A stretch of 64,000 nucleotides of DNA from Squalus acanthias (taxonomy: Eukaryota), in assembly GCA_030390025.1 (NCBI GenBank), contig CM059441.1, positions 62,496,001 through 62,560,000 of the forward strand, in the 5' to 3' direction. The notes under the pieces are model-generated. The model ran no database searches and had not been told where the DNA came from. It saw nothing but the letters and a program-made list of their open reading frames with translations. The position numbers and the translations under genes are program-made. Shown piece by piece: positions 35,422 through 49,018 of this stretch (the stretch's first letter is position 1; each line of letters begins with the position of its first letter).

Positions 35422-36043
35422 GTAGGTGGAAAGGTTTAACATTTTTTTCAACATCCTTACTTCTCTCCTTAGGAAAAGAACCTACATTTATAAAGCACCT
35501 TTCATGACCTCAGGCTGTCCTAAAACGCTTTACAGCCAATGAAATAATTTTGAAGTGTCGTTACTGTTGTAAACTAGCGAAATGCGGCAGCCAATTTGCG
35601 CACAGCAATCTCCCACGAATAGCAATGAGATAACTGATCAGATAATCTGCATTTGCTGTTGGTTGAGGGATAATTACTGGCCCCAGGACACCGGGGAGAA
35701 CGTGCCTGCTCGTCTTGCAATAGTGCCATGGAATCTTTTACGTCCACCTGAGAGGGTAGACGGGGGCCTCGGTTTAACGTCTCATCCGAAATACGGCACC
35801 TCGGACACTCCTCAGTACCAGCACTGGGAGTGTCGGCCTGGATTATAAAGTGATGTGGGACGTCCTGAGGTCATGAAAGTTGCTATAGAAATGCAAGTCT
35901 TTCTTTCTTTGTTTCGGGGATTCAAGCCCCGCCTGATATCTTACTGCATAAAGTGGGTCAGGTGGGGCCAAACTTTCAAAGGTTGAGAACCAGAACAAGA
36001 TAATATGCTTATAAACGTACAGTATAGTAACACGCAAACACAT

Positions 36044-36728
36044 AGGGGGAATTTTAACCCCAAAAAACGGGAGGGTTGGGGTCGAGGTGGAGATCAAAGT
36101 GTTAAATATCTGAATCCCGACCCCAACCCGGCTCCAACCCACTCTCTTCCGGGTTTAACAGAGGCGGTATGGGGGTGCGGGCCAACCTGCACACAGAAGA
36201 TGGGTTGGCACTTTAAATATTATGAGGCTTTGTGCCCAACAGTAAACTCCATTTTAAATTTAACTGTGGGCGGTTGGGTTTCCCAGGCCTCGGGAAACCC
36301 GGCAGCTAAAGGGAGGCGAGAACTGCTGGATCTAGGAGGTAAGTGCCTTTCCAGTTACCTGCTGGACCCAGGATTCCTGTTCCCCAACCCCTCGTGATCG
36401 GGCACCCCCACAGACCCTTCCGATCGCCCCTCGACCTCCCTACCGGGGCCTCCGATCTCCCCCCCACGAGGCCCGATCCCTCCCTTCCGCCCTCTGCTCT
36501 CCAGCACCCTCCGATCCCAGCTTTCTACCTCCTCCTGATCTACCTCATCCAACGATGCCGTCCTTCCTAACCAGTACCACCCCCGCCCGATCTCCAACGA
36601 TGCCGTCCTTCCTAACCAGCACCACCCCCGCCCGATCTCCAACGATGCCGTCCTTCCTAACCAGCACCATCCCCCCCGCCCGATCTCCAACGATCCCGGA
36701 CTTTGACGATCCCAGCCTTCCTAACCCC
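36044..36728. mobile_element. Harbinger-like MITE fragment with a ~45-bp tandem repeat (x3 here, x1 in the mirror copy ~42351-42945)
   Basis: GGGGGAATTTT terminus and GC-rich subterminal region; repeats TCCAACGATGCCGTCCTTCCTAACCAG at ~36548-36690. Confidence 0.6.
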
Positions 36729-37194
36729 CAATGTTCCCTCTAATTTTTTTTTGTACTGATCCTGCCACGAACTCCTTTGAGCGTGACCTTTTGTACAACA
36801 ACAACTTACAACAATGACAGCAACAGCAACAATCGTACAAGGTTCTATACATGTTTAACATAACTTCTCTGCTTTTGAATTCTGTGCCTCTAGAATGAAC
36901 CCCAGTGCTTTATTTGCACTTTTGTGGCTTTTTTAACCTGCGTTGTTACTTTTAATGATTTATGAATCTATACCCCTAGATCTCTTTGCACCTCTACCCC
37001 ATTTAGATTCTTATTTTCCAAGGACTAGGTCGCCTCCTTATTCCTGCTACCAAAATACACCACCTCACACTTATCTATATTGAAATTCGTTTGTCATTTA
37101 CATGCCCATTCTGCAAGTTTGTTTACGGTAGAATTAGTTAAAAGCTTTTAGTTCATCATGTACAAACTGTATTTAAAAATAAATTATTTGTCAG

Positions 37195-37296
37195 AAATAA
37201 CTGGGATATAAAAGAACTGCATAATAATGCATTAACGCTTCAGAAACGCCACTCAGTTACACGATTATGCATCGACAACCAATCCAAAAGCCCAAG
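37195..37296 (+). CDS. Candidate cytoplasmic exon of gene A
   Basis: tttgtcag| ... AAG|GTGAGC. Only the phase-2 frame (compatible with the TM exon) is open: NNWDIKELHNNALTLQKRHSVTRLCIDNQSKSP. Confidence 0.45.
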
Positions 37297-39128
37297 GTGA
37301 GCTGAAAGAGGCATATCTATTTGTACAATTTGTATTAATTTTAAAGTTTTCAATGTATTAGTCCATCCCTCATGTCACTACAGCAATGGCTGCACAAGCA
37401 GCAGGAGCAGCGGCTGTCCTAAGGTGCTGACGTGCTGTACGTCCACATAAGTGATTAGAATATTAATCACAATGCAACCAGACACCCAACAAATATAAAG
37501 TGCTGTAGTTCTTTAGTTCACAGTATTAAAAAGAATTGAACAAACACGGGTATCCGTATTTTCATCTTCAATCACTTCCATTACTAAACGTCTTCTTGAA
37601 CCAGCACGCCCCCCCATGTAACATGTCAGAAATGCAGCACTTATTCACAAGTGCAGAAAAACACATTCACAATTTGCGTCACCAAATTAAAAACAAAAAC
37701 AGGAAGCGCTATGGATTTAACAGAAATCAACATTCATCTTTCTTCCTGGACAGGAGAGCCAATCAGACTGACTTGTAAATGTTTACTAATATGGTGATGT
37801 AAAGATGTAAATTTACGCATTTCGCTTCTAATGTTTTTCTCTCAAAAATTCACCACAATATTAATCCCTGCTCTTATCACGAAAAGTGTTGAATTATTTT
37901 AGGTACTTCGCAATTAAATAGCAGGAAACAAACTTCATTGTACTCTCAATTTTTAACCTCCTATTTCAAACATTTATACCAAATCAAAATTGTACATTAT
38001 CAGTTTAATCAAAGTATTTTCTGTGTCTTTCTCAATAAACAAATAGTGGTTTCTTCTAAAGTAGCTTCCTGCAATTTTTTACAAATCATTACATAACTCT
38101 TGTTTCTATTAACACTCCACTAAACGGTTAAGAGGAAATCTATATTTACATTATTCCTGAGACTTATTTGGATTATACAACGAGAGACAAAATAAAATGG
38201 TTTGTGTTTTTCCCCTTTTTTGGTTCCCTTCCTAAACGTCTTAATATATTTTTTTAAAAGTCAATAAAAAGTAATATGTAACTCCTACAAATCCTCCCCG
38301 CCCTCCTCCTCCTCCTCAACAACATGGTTGCATGTTTGTGCAAAGCTCTTCACTTCAGTTGATCGCTCAATATCAAATATTGAGAAATTTCAATTTAAAA
38401 TGTTTTAAACAATTCAGAGCCTCGTTAAAAGCATTTGGACTTCAAGACCTGGTTGAAACGTGTTTAGATGAGGGGAACATTGATTGTTGCTTGGTTCTTC
38501 CAAAATCATATTCGAAACTTAGGGGGGATAAAAGTGTTTAACACTCATTTTTAGGGAAAAGTTCATTAAAAATCTTTCAAGTCTCGTTGCAGCTTTGACA
38601 GAAGAAGTTGCTCCAGGTTTCTCTTTCCCTCTTCAATGCTGTCATTAAACAGACCACAAAAAGATAATAAAATAAACTCTAATTCCAAACGAAGCTCAAA
38701 TAAGAAGTGAACAAAGTGGTTAAACTTCCTAAGAAGGCGGTGAGGTTATCGATCCCCAGCGTTGGCGATGAGTTGGGATCAGTTTTGGAAAAGTTGTCTC
38801 CTCTTTTTCTGCTGCTGTTCCCTCCGTCTCTCACAGACTCTGAGGTTCAAACGGGGGCACAAACTTTTTCCCCTCTCTCATAACATGATTTAAATAACCC
38901 TGATAGACTCTTTCAAAAAGGGGACAACACCTGGCAAAATTTAACTGGAACTTACATTCAACATCACTTTCCCATATTTATTTCCGGCTTTAAACAATTT
39001 TCTGAATTTTTTTTTTTTTAATTTTACTGCGGGCCTAAAAATTGTTGGCTTTAGCCTCCTTCCAGCGGCCATTGTACATGTGCTGCGCCTCCACCTGTGT
39101 TGTCCCAGTCCCAGTCTCTCTCTCTCTC

Positions 39129-39628
39129 NNNNNNNNNNNNNNNNNNNNNNNNNNNNNNNNNNNNNNNNNNNNNNNNNNNNNNNNNNNNNNNNNNNNNNNN
39201 NNNNNNNNNNNNNNNNNNNNNNNNNNNNNNNNNNNNNNNNNNNNNNNNNNNNNNNNNNNNNNNNNNNNNNNNNNNNNNNNNNNNNNNNNNNNNNNNNNNN
39301 NNNNNNNNNNNNNNNNNNNNNNNNNNNNNNNNNNNNNNNNNNNNNNNNNNNNNNNNNNNNNNNNNNNNNNNNNNNNNNNNNNNNNNNNNNNNNNNNNNNN
39401 NNNNNNNNNNNNNNNNNNNNNNNNNNNNNNNNNNNNNNNNNNNNNNNNNNNNNNNNNNNNNNNNNNNNNNNNNNNNNNNNNNNNNNNNNNNNNNNNNNNN
39501 NNNNNNNNNNNNNNNNNNNNNNNNNNNNNNNNNNNNNNNNNNNNNNNNNNNNNNNNNNNNNNNNNNNNNNNNNNNNNNNNNNNNNNNNNNNNNNNNNNNN
39601 NNNNNNNNNNNNNNNNNNNNNNNNNNNN
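39129..39628. other. Scaffold gap (500 N) flanked by (CT)n and (GA)n
   Basis: Directly visible. Confidence 1.
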
Positions 39629-39663
<35 letters not shown>

Positions 39664-41468
39664 GGACTGGGACAACACAGGTGGAGGCGCAGCACATGTA
39701 CAATGGCCGCTGGAAGGAGGCTAAAGCCAACAATTTTTAGGCCCGCAGTAAAATTTAAAAAAAAATTCAGAAAATTGTTTAAAGCCGGAAATAAATATGG
39801 GAAAGTGATGTTGAATGTAAGTTCCAGTTAAATTTTGCCAGGTGTTGTCCCCTTTTTGAAAGAGTCTATCAGGGTTATTTAAATCATGTTATGAGAGAGG
39901 GGAAAAAGTTTGTGCCCCCGTTTGAACCTCAGAGTCTGTGAGAGACGGAGGGAACAGCAGCAGAAAAAGAGGAGACAACTTTTCCAAAACTGATCCCAAC
40001 TCATCGCCAAGGCTGGGGATCGATAACCTCACCGCCTTCTTAGGAAGTTTAACCACTTTGTTCACTTCTTATTTGAGCTTCGTTTGGAATTAGAGTTTAT
40101 TTTATTATCTTTTTGTGGTATGTTTAATGACAGCATTGAAGAGGGAAAGAGAAACCTGGAGCAACTTCTTCTGTCAAAGCTGCAACGAGACTTGAAAGAT
40201 TTTTAATGAACTTTTCCCTAAAAATGAGTGTTAAACACTTTTATCCCCCCTAAGTTTCGAATATGATTTTGGAAGAACCAAGCAACAATCAATGTTCCCC
40301 TCATCTAAACACGTTTCAACCAGGTCTTGAAGTCCAAATGCTTTTAAAGAGGCTCTGAATTGCTTAAAACATTTTAAATTGAAATTTCTCAATATTTGAT
40401 ATTGAGCGATCAACTGAAGTGAAGTGAAGAGGTTTGCACAAACATGCAACCATGTTGTTGAGGAGGAGGAGGGCGGGGAGGATTTGTAGGAGTTACATAT
40501 TACTTTTTATTGACTTTAAAAAAAAGATATCATTAAGACGTTTAGGAAGGGAACCAAAAAAGGGGAAAAACACAAACCATTTTATTTTGTCTCGTTGTAT
40601 AATCCAAATAAGTCTCAGGAATAATGTAAATATAGATTTCCTCTTAACCGTTTAGTGGAGTGTTAACTTTTGTTTCTATTATGTAATGATTTGTAAAAAT
40701 TGCAGGAAGCTGCTTTAGAAGAAACCACTATTTGTTTATTGAGAAAGACACAGAAAATACTTTGATTAAACTGATAATGTACAATTTTGATTTAGTATAA
40801 ATGTTTGAAATCGGAGGTTAAAAATTGAGTACAATGAAGTTTGTTTCCTGCTATTTAATTGCGAAGTACCTAAAATAATTCAACACTTTTCGTGATAAGA
40901 GCAGGGATTAATATTGTGGTGAATTTTTGAGAGAAAAACATTAGAAGCGAAATGCGTAAATTAACATCTTTACGTCACCATATTAGTAAACATTGCCAAG
41001 TCAGTCTGATTGGCTCTCCTGTCCAGGAAGAAAGATGAATGTTGATTTCTGTTAAATCATAGCTTTTCCTGCTTTTTGTTTTTAATTTGGTGACGCAAAT
41101 TGTGAATGTGTTTTTCTGCACTTGTGAATAAGTGCTGCATTTCTGACATGTTACATGGCGGGGTGTGCTGGTTCAAGAAGACGTTTAGTAATGGAAGTGA
41201 TTGAAGATGAAAATACGGATACCGTTCAATTCTTTTTAATACTGTGAACTAAAGAACTACAGCACTTTATATTTGTTGGGTGTCTGGTTGCATTGTGATT
41301 AATATTCTAATTACTTATGTGGACGTACAGCACATCAGCACCTTAGGACAGCCGCTGGTCCTGCTGCTTGTGCAGCCATTGCTGTAGTGACATGAGGGAT
41401 GGGCTAATACATTGAAAACTTTAAAATTAATACAAATTGTACAAATAGATACGCCTCTTTCAGCTCAC

Positions 41469-41566
41469 CTTGGGCTTTTGGATTGTCGATGCATAATCGT
41501 GTAACTGAGTGGCGTTTCTGAAGCGTTAATGCATTATTATGCAGTTCTTTTATATCCCAGTTATTT
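41469..41566 (-). CDS. Candidate cytoplasmic exon of gene B (98 nt; 4-nt indel versus A)
   Basis: Mirror of 37195-37296; ACAACCAATCC in A is ACAATCC in B. Confidence 0.4.
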
Positions 41567-41926
41567 CTGACAAATAATTTATTTTTAAATAGAGTTTGTA
41601 CATGATGAACTAAAAGCTTTTAACTAATTCTACCGTAAACAAACTTGCAAAATGGGCATGTAAATGACAAACGAATTTCAATATAGATAAGTGTGAGGTG
41701 GTGTATTTTGGTAGCAGGAATAAGGAGGCGACCTAGTCCTTGGAAAATAAGAATCTAAATGGGGTAGAGGTGCAAAGAGATCTAGGGGTATAGATTCATA
41801 AATCATTAAAAGTAACAACGCAGGTTATAAAAGCCACAAAAGTGCAAATAAAGCACTGGGGTTCATTCTAGAGGCATAGAATTCAAAAGCAGAGAAGTTA
41901 TGTTAAACATGTATAGAACATGTATA

Positions 41927-42235
41927 GGGCAACACAGTGGCATAGTGGTTAGCACTGTTGCCTCACAGCGCCAGGGACCCGGGTTCGAATCCGGCCTCGG
42001 GTGACTGTCTGTGTGGAGTTTGCACATTCTCCCCGTGTCTGCGTGGGTTTCCTCCTTCTCCCCGTGTCTGCGTGGGTTTCCTCCAGGTGCGGGTTAGGTT
42101 GATTTGGCTATGATAAATTGACCCTTAGTGTTAGGGGGGATTAAATACGTGGGGTTACGGGGATAGGGTCGGAGATGTGTCGGTGCAGGCTCGATGGGCC
42201 GAAATGGCCTCTATCTGCACTGGGGATTTTGTGAT
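41927..42235 (+). mobile_element. HE1/V-SINE-type tRNA-derived SINE, present only in the B arm
   Basis: A box TGGCATAGTGG, B box GGTTCGAATCC, V-domain TGTGTGGAGTTTGCACATTCTCCCCGTGTCTGCGTGGGTTTCCTCC, CR1-like tail; empty site at ~36840 in arm A. Confidence 0.88.
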
Positions 42236-43567
42236 CCTTGTATGATTGTTGCTGTTGCTGTCATTGTTGTAAGTTGTTGTTGTACAAAAGGTCACGCTCA
42301 AAGGAGTTCGTGGCAGGCTCAGTACAAAAAAAAATTAGAGGGAACATTGGGGGTTAGGAAGGCTGGGATCGTCAAAGTCCGGGATCGTTGGAGATCGGTG
42401 GGGGGGATGGTGCTGGTTAGGAAGGACGGCATCGTTGGATGAGGTAGATCAGGAGGAGGTAGAAAGCTGGGATCGGAGGGTGCTGGAGAGCAGAGGGCGG
42501 AAGGGAGGGATCGGGCCTCGTGGGGGGAGATCGGAGGCCCCGGTAGGGAGGTCGAGGGGCGATCGGAAGGGTCTGTGGGGGTGCCCGATCACGAGGGGTT
42601 GGGGAACAGGAATCCTGGGTCCAGCAGGTAACTGGAAAGGCACTTACCTCCTAGATCCAGCAGTTCTCGCCTCCCTTTAGCTGCCGGGTTTCCCGAGGCC
42701 TGGGAAACCCAGCCGCCCACAGTTAAATTTAAAATGGAGTTTACTGTTGGGCACAAAGCCTCATTATAATATTTAAAGTGCCAACCCATCTTCTGTATGC
42801 AGGTTGGCCCGCGACCCCATACCGCCTCCATTAAACCCAGAAGAGAGTTGGTTGGAGCCGTGTTGGGGTCGGGATTCAGATATTTAACACTTTGATCTCC
42901 ACCTCGACCCCAACCCTCCCGTTTTTTGGGGTTAAAATTCCCCCTATGTGTTTGCGTGTTACTATACTGTACGTTTATAAGCATATTATCTTGTTCTGGT
43001 TCTCAACCTTTGAAAGTTTGGCCCCACCTGACCCACTTTATGCAGTAAGGATATCAGGCGGGGCTTGAATCCACGAAAGAAAGAAAGAAAGACTTGCATT
43101 TCTATAGCAACTTTCATGACCTCAGGACGTCCCACATCACTTTATAATCCAGGCCGACACTCCCAGTGCCGGTACTGAGGAGTGTCCGAGGTGCCGTATT
43201 TCGGATGAGACGTTAAACCGAGGCCACCGTCTACCCTCTCAGGTGGACGTAAAAGATTCCATGGCACTATTGCAAGAAGAGCAGGCAAGTTCCCCCCGGT
43301 GTCCTGGGGCCAATAATTATCCCTCAACCAACAGCAAAAGCAGATTATCTGATCAGTTATCTCATTGCTATTTGTGGGAGATTGCTGTGCGCAAATTGGC
43401 TGCTGCATTTCGCTAGTTTACAACAGTAACGACACTTCAAAATTATTTCATTGGCTGTAAAGTGTTCTAGGACATCCTGAGGTCATGAAAGGTGCTTTAT
43501 AAATGTAGGTTCTTTTCCTAAGGAGAGAAGTGAGGATGTTCAAAAAAAGTTAAACCTTTCCACCTAC

Positions 43568-43670
43568 TTTCTTGCACACTTGAAGATTAAGATTAAGAAT
43601 CCAGCCAGTGCAACACTCAAAATGATTCCAGCTGCAATCAATCCCACTTTCCACTCATTGGAATCTCTAC
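43568..43670 (-). CDS. Gene B transmembrane exon
   Basis: 103 nt, same peptide as gene A. Confidence 0.85.
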
Positions 43671-44071
43671 CTGCAAAAACAGCCATTAATTACTGCAGTA
43701 CAGTTACAGAACAGTGCTCCGATGTACTTCTACTTATTCTGAACTTGAGAAGTGATACCTATATGATCCCAGGGATACCTATATATGTAAGATCTATATA
43801 TGTAATATCCATATAAGTATCATTTATATATGTATCTGTGTGTCCGTGTGTGTGTGTATGTGTCTGTCAGTGTGAGTCTGTGTATGTGTGTGTGTCTGTC
43901 AGTGTGAGTCTGTGTATTAGTCTGGTAACTGCTCAGTCACACAGAACGGTCCCTTACTGTTACTAACATAGTTCCGGCCAGAGACACTTTGTAAATTCCA
44001 CAGTAACCCATAGATATTAATTTGTTCGTATGTGGAGAGATGTGGAAGTATCTAAGTATCTGCACACTCAC

Positions 44072-44351
44072 GTTCCACAGTGATGGTTATGGTCCTCTTC
44101 ACTGCTCCATGTTCATTCTCCGCCACACACTGATAGTCTCCAGCGACCCTGGGTGTAACATGAGCAAACTCCAACCACAGCTCGTTGTTCGAACTTGTTC
44201 TGTTCATTGTGACACCAAGATGTCGCCACGTCAGGTTCGAGGCTGGGAAGCTCGCGACAGAGCAGAGTATCACTGTAGAATTCCCTTCATTTATATTGAT
44301 CGATGAATTGTTAATAGTAGCAAGAGAAGTAATGGAGATTCTGTGGTGCAT
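44072..44351 (-). pseudogene. Gene B second C2-set exon with a 2-bp deletion
   Basis: 280 nt versus 282; AATCTCTCCATT becomes AATCTCCATT, giving YAPQNLHYFSCYY*. Confidence 0.8.
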
Positions 44352-44480
44352 CTAAAAACAAATAAAGATCAGTTAACTTACATTGTCAGTGAAGCACTTT
44401 GAGAGACCCTGAGAACGTGAAAAGTGTTATATCCATGCAAGTTCCTTCATCACAAAGCACGTAATCCAGGCAGACACTTT

Positions 44481-47171
44481 GGCCGGAATTTTGCCGGTGC
44501 TCAGAGGGCGGGATTGAATGCAGGTCAGAGGTTAAATTCACAATGATTGATGGCGGGTTCCGAACAAGCCGTGATCCCGCCTCCACGCAACTTTCCCGAA
44601 TGTCGGGTCTCCGATTCGCAAACGGACCCGACACCAAGCGGCGGGAAAGGGATTAAAGGCACTTAACTGCCTATTAAGTGATAGTTTAGAGCTATTTTCA
44701 CAGGGTTTTGGGATTTTCCAGCTTCTGGGTCGAGTTTCACGATGTTCCGACAACACGCCAGGTAAGTGAGACGTGAACACCAGTGAGCTGGAGACTTCAC
44801 AGCTGCAACTGCAGTGTAAAAGCTGCACATTCAAATCTAGTCATTTAGAAATTTGTGAGGTTGCTGATTGAATAATTTGGGGGGCATATTCTGTGTTTCG
44901 GCTGCAAGTGTGTGTTGTGCACTACAGAGCCACTGTAACCTGCATTGCTGGATTTTAAAGGCGCACTTACCCTAAACTGTGCCACCTCAAATTGTCAGCA
45001 CACATATGAAAACGATGCCAAACCTTCGTTCTACATCAATTTATCACAATATTGGCAAAGAACAGAAACTTTACAAATAAATCTATCATAACACCCCAGT
45101 GAGACCCCTTGTGATTATTAACGTGACATCTTGCTCTTACACGTGCTTCTGCGTTGTGAGACCCCTGTGGCTTCAGCATATGTGAATGCAGCCGACTCAC
45201 TTCCCTGCTGCTCCTGCTTAGACGCTTTTGGCGGCTGTCCTCTGGATTTGGGGGCCTTGGAGAGCCCCGCCAAAGTCTGCTCCTCCTGCGGCTTTGCAGG
45301 GGCAGACTCGGCCATCTCTCTTGGCTCAGGCAGATGGGGCTCTGACTGAGGGCTCGGCAGTGGCAAGGGAGTGTGAGCACTTGGAGTGGAGCGCCCACTT
45401 CCTGGTGCTCAAACACCGCAGTCCCTCTCATGGGTCACCCACACTTCACTGCCAGCAAGTTGCTGGAGAGCACCATCGGTGGGGCCATGTGGACCCGTCT
45501 CTGTACTGACAGTCCTCCTAACCGGGACGTCCATGTACCTCTGGTTCCTCTCCACGATAGATGGCCTTCTATCCTCCATAGCTGCCCATCTATCTAGAAG
45601 AGCCACCATGTTGGCTTGTGTCTGGTGAGTTAGGTCCTCCATGGAGGTTGCCATGCTTTCCATGGCAGCACCTAGATTGCCCATAGCGTTCACCATGGCA
45701 TTGCTAATCTTTAAGATGGATTCCTCCATTCTCTACACACTCACAGTTACCGTGGAAGCAAACCCACTCAGAACCTCCTGCACTTGTTCCTGAAGCTCCA
45801 GCACTGCTCTCTTTCTGGATGGCCCCAGAGGCTTAGCATTTACATGCAGCTGAGCAGAGCTGGGAGAGCCCTGTGTCCTCCGCTGAGGATCCTGCACTGC
45901 TGTACCTGTCTCCAACATCTGTTCCTGCTCACTTGGGAGCTGTGATACACTAGGTGACAACACTACTCAATCTCGCAAAAAACCCAGAGGTGTGCGTCTC
46001 TGTGCTGGTGCTGGGTGCGCTGAATGCTGGTGACACTGCTCCCTCAGAGACTGGTGGTTCCTCTGAGGAGTGCTCCTGCTCTTCCTCCTGGACAGTGGGG
46101 AGCGGGGCTCTCAATGGTCCTGTGGGGGAGTAAAGGCATGAGTTAAACAAGTGAAATGTATGTTGCAGACACATCCCATTGTGCAGATGCTTAGCACTCA
46201 ATCTCTATGAACATCATCTCCCATATTAGTCACTCATGAATGCTAAATCAGAGAGTTGGAAATCAATTCTGCCACCAGCTTGTTGTTCTATGCCCGTCTC
46301 TCCATCCCCCACTTCCAGCTCCTCTGCACCTCCGACGATCTCCAGGGCTGCCTCCTCAGCACTCGTTAGGGGCGCCACGGATGGTGGGACTCCTCCTGTC
46401 CTCCCCCTCTCCCTTTTATCGTGGGCTCTCTTCTGTAATGAGAGACACAAGTGGAGTTTGAGAGAGATTGATGGAGTGAGTGTAAAGAATGGATGACATA
46501 GATGTTTAGAGGGAGACTTATGAAGGAGTGAGGTGCACAAACCAAGTTCCCTCCCTGTGCGTTGTTAGTCGTTGCCATTGCATATGAGTGTGAGTGATGC
46601 ATATTAAGATGGTGACGTGATTCTGTATAGAGAAAGAGAGGGATGGGTGAGGGTGCAAGGGATGTTAGAGTGATTTGGAATGTGCAGGGGAAGGTTGCCA
46701 ATGCAGAGTGATGGGGATGAGAAGAGATGGGAGGCAGACTGAAGGTAAGTGTGATGTTATACTCACTTTTGCTGATCGCAACAGATCATTAAACCACTTG
46801 TGACACTGCACCCAGGTGCGTGTGCAGACCGCCCTCGAACTGACCTCCTCAGCAATTTGCAGCCAAGCTACCTTGCTATGCTGAGGAGGCCTCCTCCTTC
46901 TGTCTGCTTACGTCCTCTTACTCCATCCACAAGAGTCCTCGGAACAAAACGGAAATGAATCTGCAGAGGGGACATGGCCCCTTTAAATAATCAGTCCAAC
47001 ATCACTTCATCAGAAGCAAGCAACTGACCCACACCCAGCAATTGCCTTGGAGAACCCGCACTTCGGTCTTAATGAGGCTAATCAACGGAAAATTTAACTG
47101 CAGGGCGGCGGGAACCGGGAGCGGTACAGCGGACCCGTCACTATCCCGTCTCCAATCGCAAAATCGCAGCC
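44481..47171 (-). mobile_element. Harbinger-like Myb element, copy 3
   Basis: Mirror of 28280-30963 with the same ends and TSD. Confidence 0.85.
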
Positions 47172-47436
47172 TTTACTGCAGTACTGAGGGAGTGCTGCAC
47201 TGTCAGAGGTGCCGTCTTTCGCATAGGATGTTAATCCGAGGCCCTTCTGTCCTCTCAAGTGGACATAAAAGATCGCATGACACTATTCAAAGAAGTGTTC
47301 TCCCCGGTGTCCTGGCCAATATTTATCAGTAACAAAACAGATGATCTGGTCATCAGCACATTGCTGTTTGTGGGATCTTGCAGTTCGCAATGTAGACTAT
47401 TACGGGTAATGTAGAATAAAGGATGTCCATACTTAC

Positions 47437-47730
47437 ATTGCACAGTTAGTGCGAGGGTCCGCTCTGATGAAACAGATGGATAACTGACTCTGCAGGTGAG
47501 AGTTTGCCCGTGGTGTTTTAGTGATGGGATCAGGGTCAGAACAGCAGTATATGTCAGAGTGATGCCATGCTGAGTTACACTGTTTGAGACTGACCCGGGT
47601 ATGTCAGCGGCTTTGACCCAAGTTAAGACAGGTGCTGTTCCATTGCACGTGGTGTTAAAGGTGCAGCTTATGTCCACACGCTTTCCTGCAATAATTTCAG
47701 CAGGGAATATCGTGGGTGTATCTGTGAAAC
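47437..47730 (-). CDS. Gene B first C2-set exon
   Basis: 294 nt, open, canonical splice sites. Confidence 0.9.
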
Positions 47731-49018
47731 CTAACACACAGAGAATGGATTCTTTTAGAGATGGGTAACGTGAAGCATCAGTTCAAATAGAAATCACAGT
47801 CCCGCAAGAGAAAGTATGTTTACAAGGATAATACCAGAACTGAGAGGTTACAACGATCAGGATAGATGGAACAGGCTGGGGCTCTTTTCTCTGGTAAAGA
47901 GAAGGCTGAGGGGTGACCTGATAGAGGTCTTTAAAATTATGAAGGGGTTCGATAGGGTAGACGTAGAGAAAATGTTTCCACTTGTGGGGGGAGTCCAAAA
48001 CTAGGGTCATCAATATAAGACAGTCACTAATAAATCCAATAGGGAATTCAGGAGCAACCACTTTACTCAGAGATTGTGGAACTTGCTACAAGATGGAGTG
48101 GTTGAGGCGAATAGCATAGATACATTTAAGGGGAAGCTAGATAAACACATGAGGGAGAAAGGAATAGAAGGATATGTTGATAGGGTTATGTGAAGTAGGG
48201 TGGGGGGGAGGCACATGTGGAGCATAAACACCGGCATAGACCAGTTGGGCCGAATGGCCTACTTCTGTGCTCTAGACTCTGTGTAACTCTGTGTAAATCT
48301 CTGTCACTCTATGTAACTCTGTGTAAGTCTATGTAAGAGAAAGTACTTTTCTATTTTCAGGGTTGGTCGAGTGTATTTCACTGCGCTTAATGCAATTTCT
48401 CTCCGAGACACTTGAATTGACAATACTGGGTGGAAGGTGGAGCAACAGGTCATAGATCGGGGAGCACTGGCTCGTCACTCTCAGAGATCTCTGCCAACAT
48501 TAAATTAAATCCTGTCCGCGGCAGGACAGAAACAAGTTGCATTTATCCCTCACCCAACACCTAAAACAGATGATCTGGTCATTTATCTCACTGATGTTTG
48601 TGGGCGCTTGCTGTGTGCAAATTGGCTGCTGCGATTCCTACATTACAAGAGTGACTACACTTCAAATGTACTTCATTGGCTGTAAAGCACTTTGGGACGT
48701 CCTGAGGTCGTGAAAGGTGCTATAGAAATGTACGTTCTTAATTTTGACTAAATATAAGACTTTTAAACACGATTAGAGAGATAAATGGGAGTCGATAAGC
48801 TGATAACATTGATGGACACGGTCAATAAATTTCAACAATGATAATAAAGTGAGTATTAGAGGTTGCTTTAAGTCTGAACTGGAAGGCCAGGTTAATGATA
48901 ATCAGATGCTGCATTATAATAAGCTGTGTTTTGTGTTAGTATGTAAGCGCCACAGTTCATGTTATTTCCCATTGACCGTTGAACGTGAATTGCTGAGTAC
49001 TTATAACATAGCACTTAC

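Noticed and set aside
38941-39831. ORFs spanning the gap
   Set aside because: Artefacts of N translation.
41927-42000. tRNA-like A and B boxes (also ~2565-2640, ~57930-57975)
   Set aside because: SINE heads, not tRNA genes.
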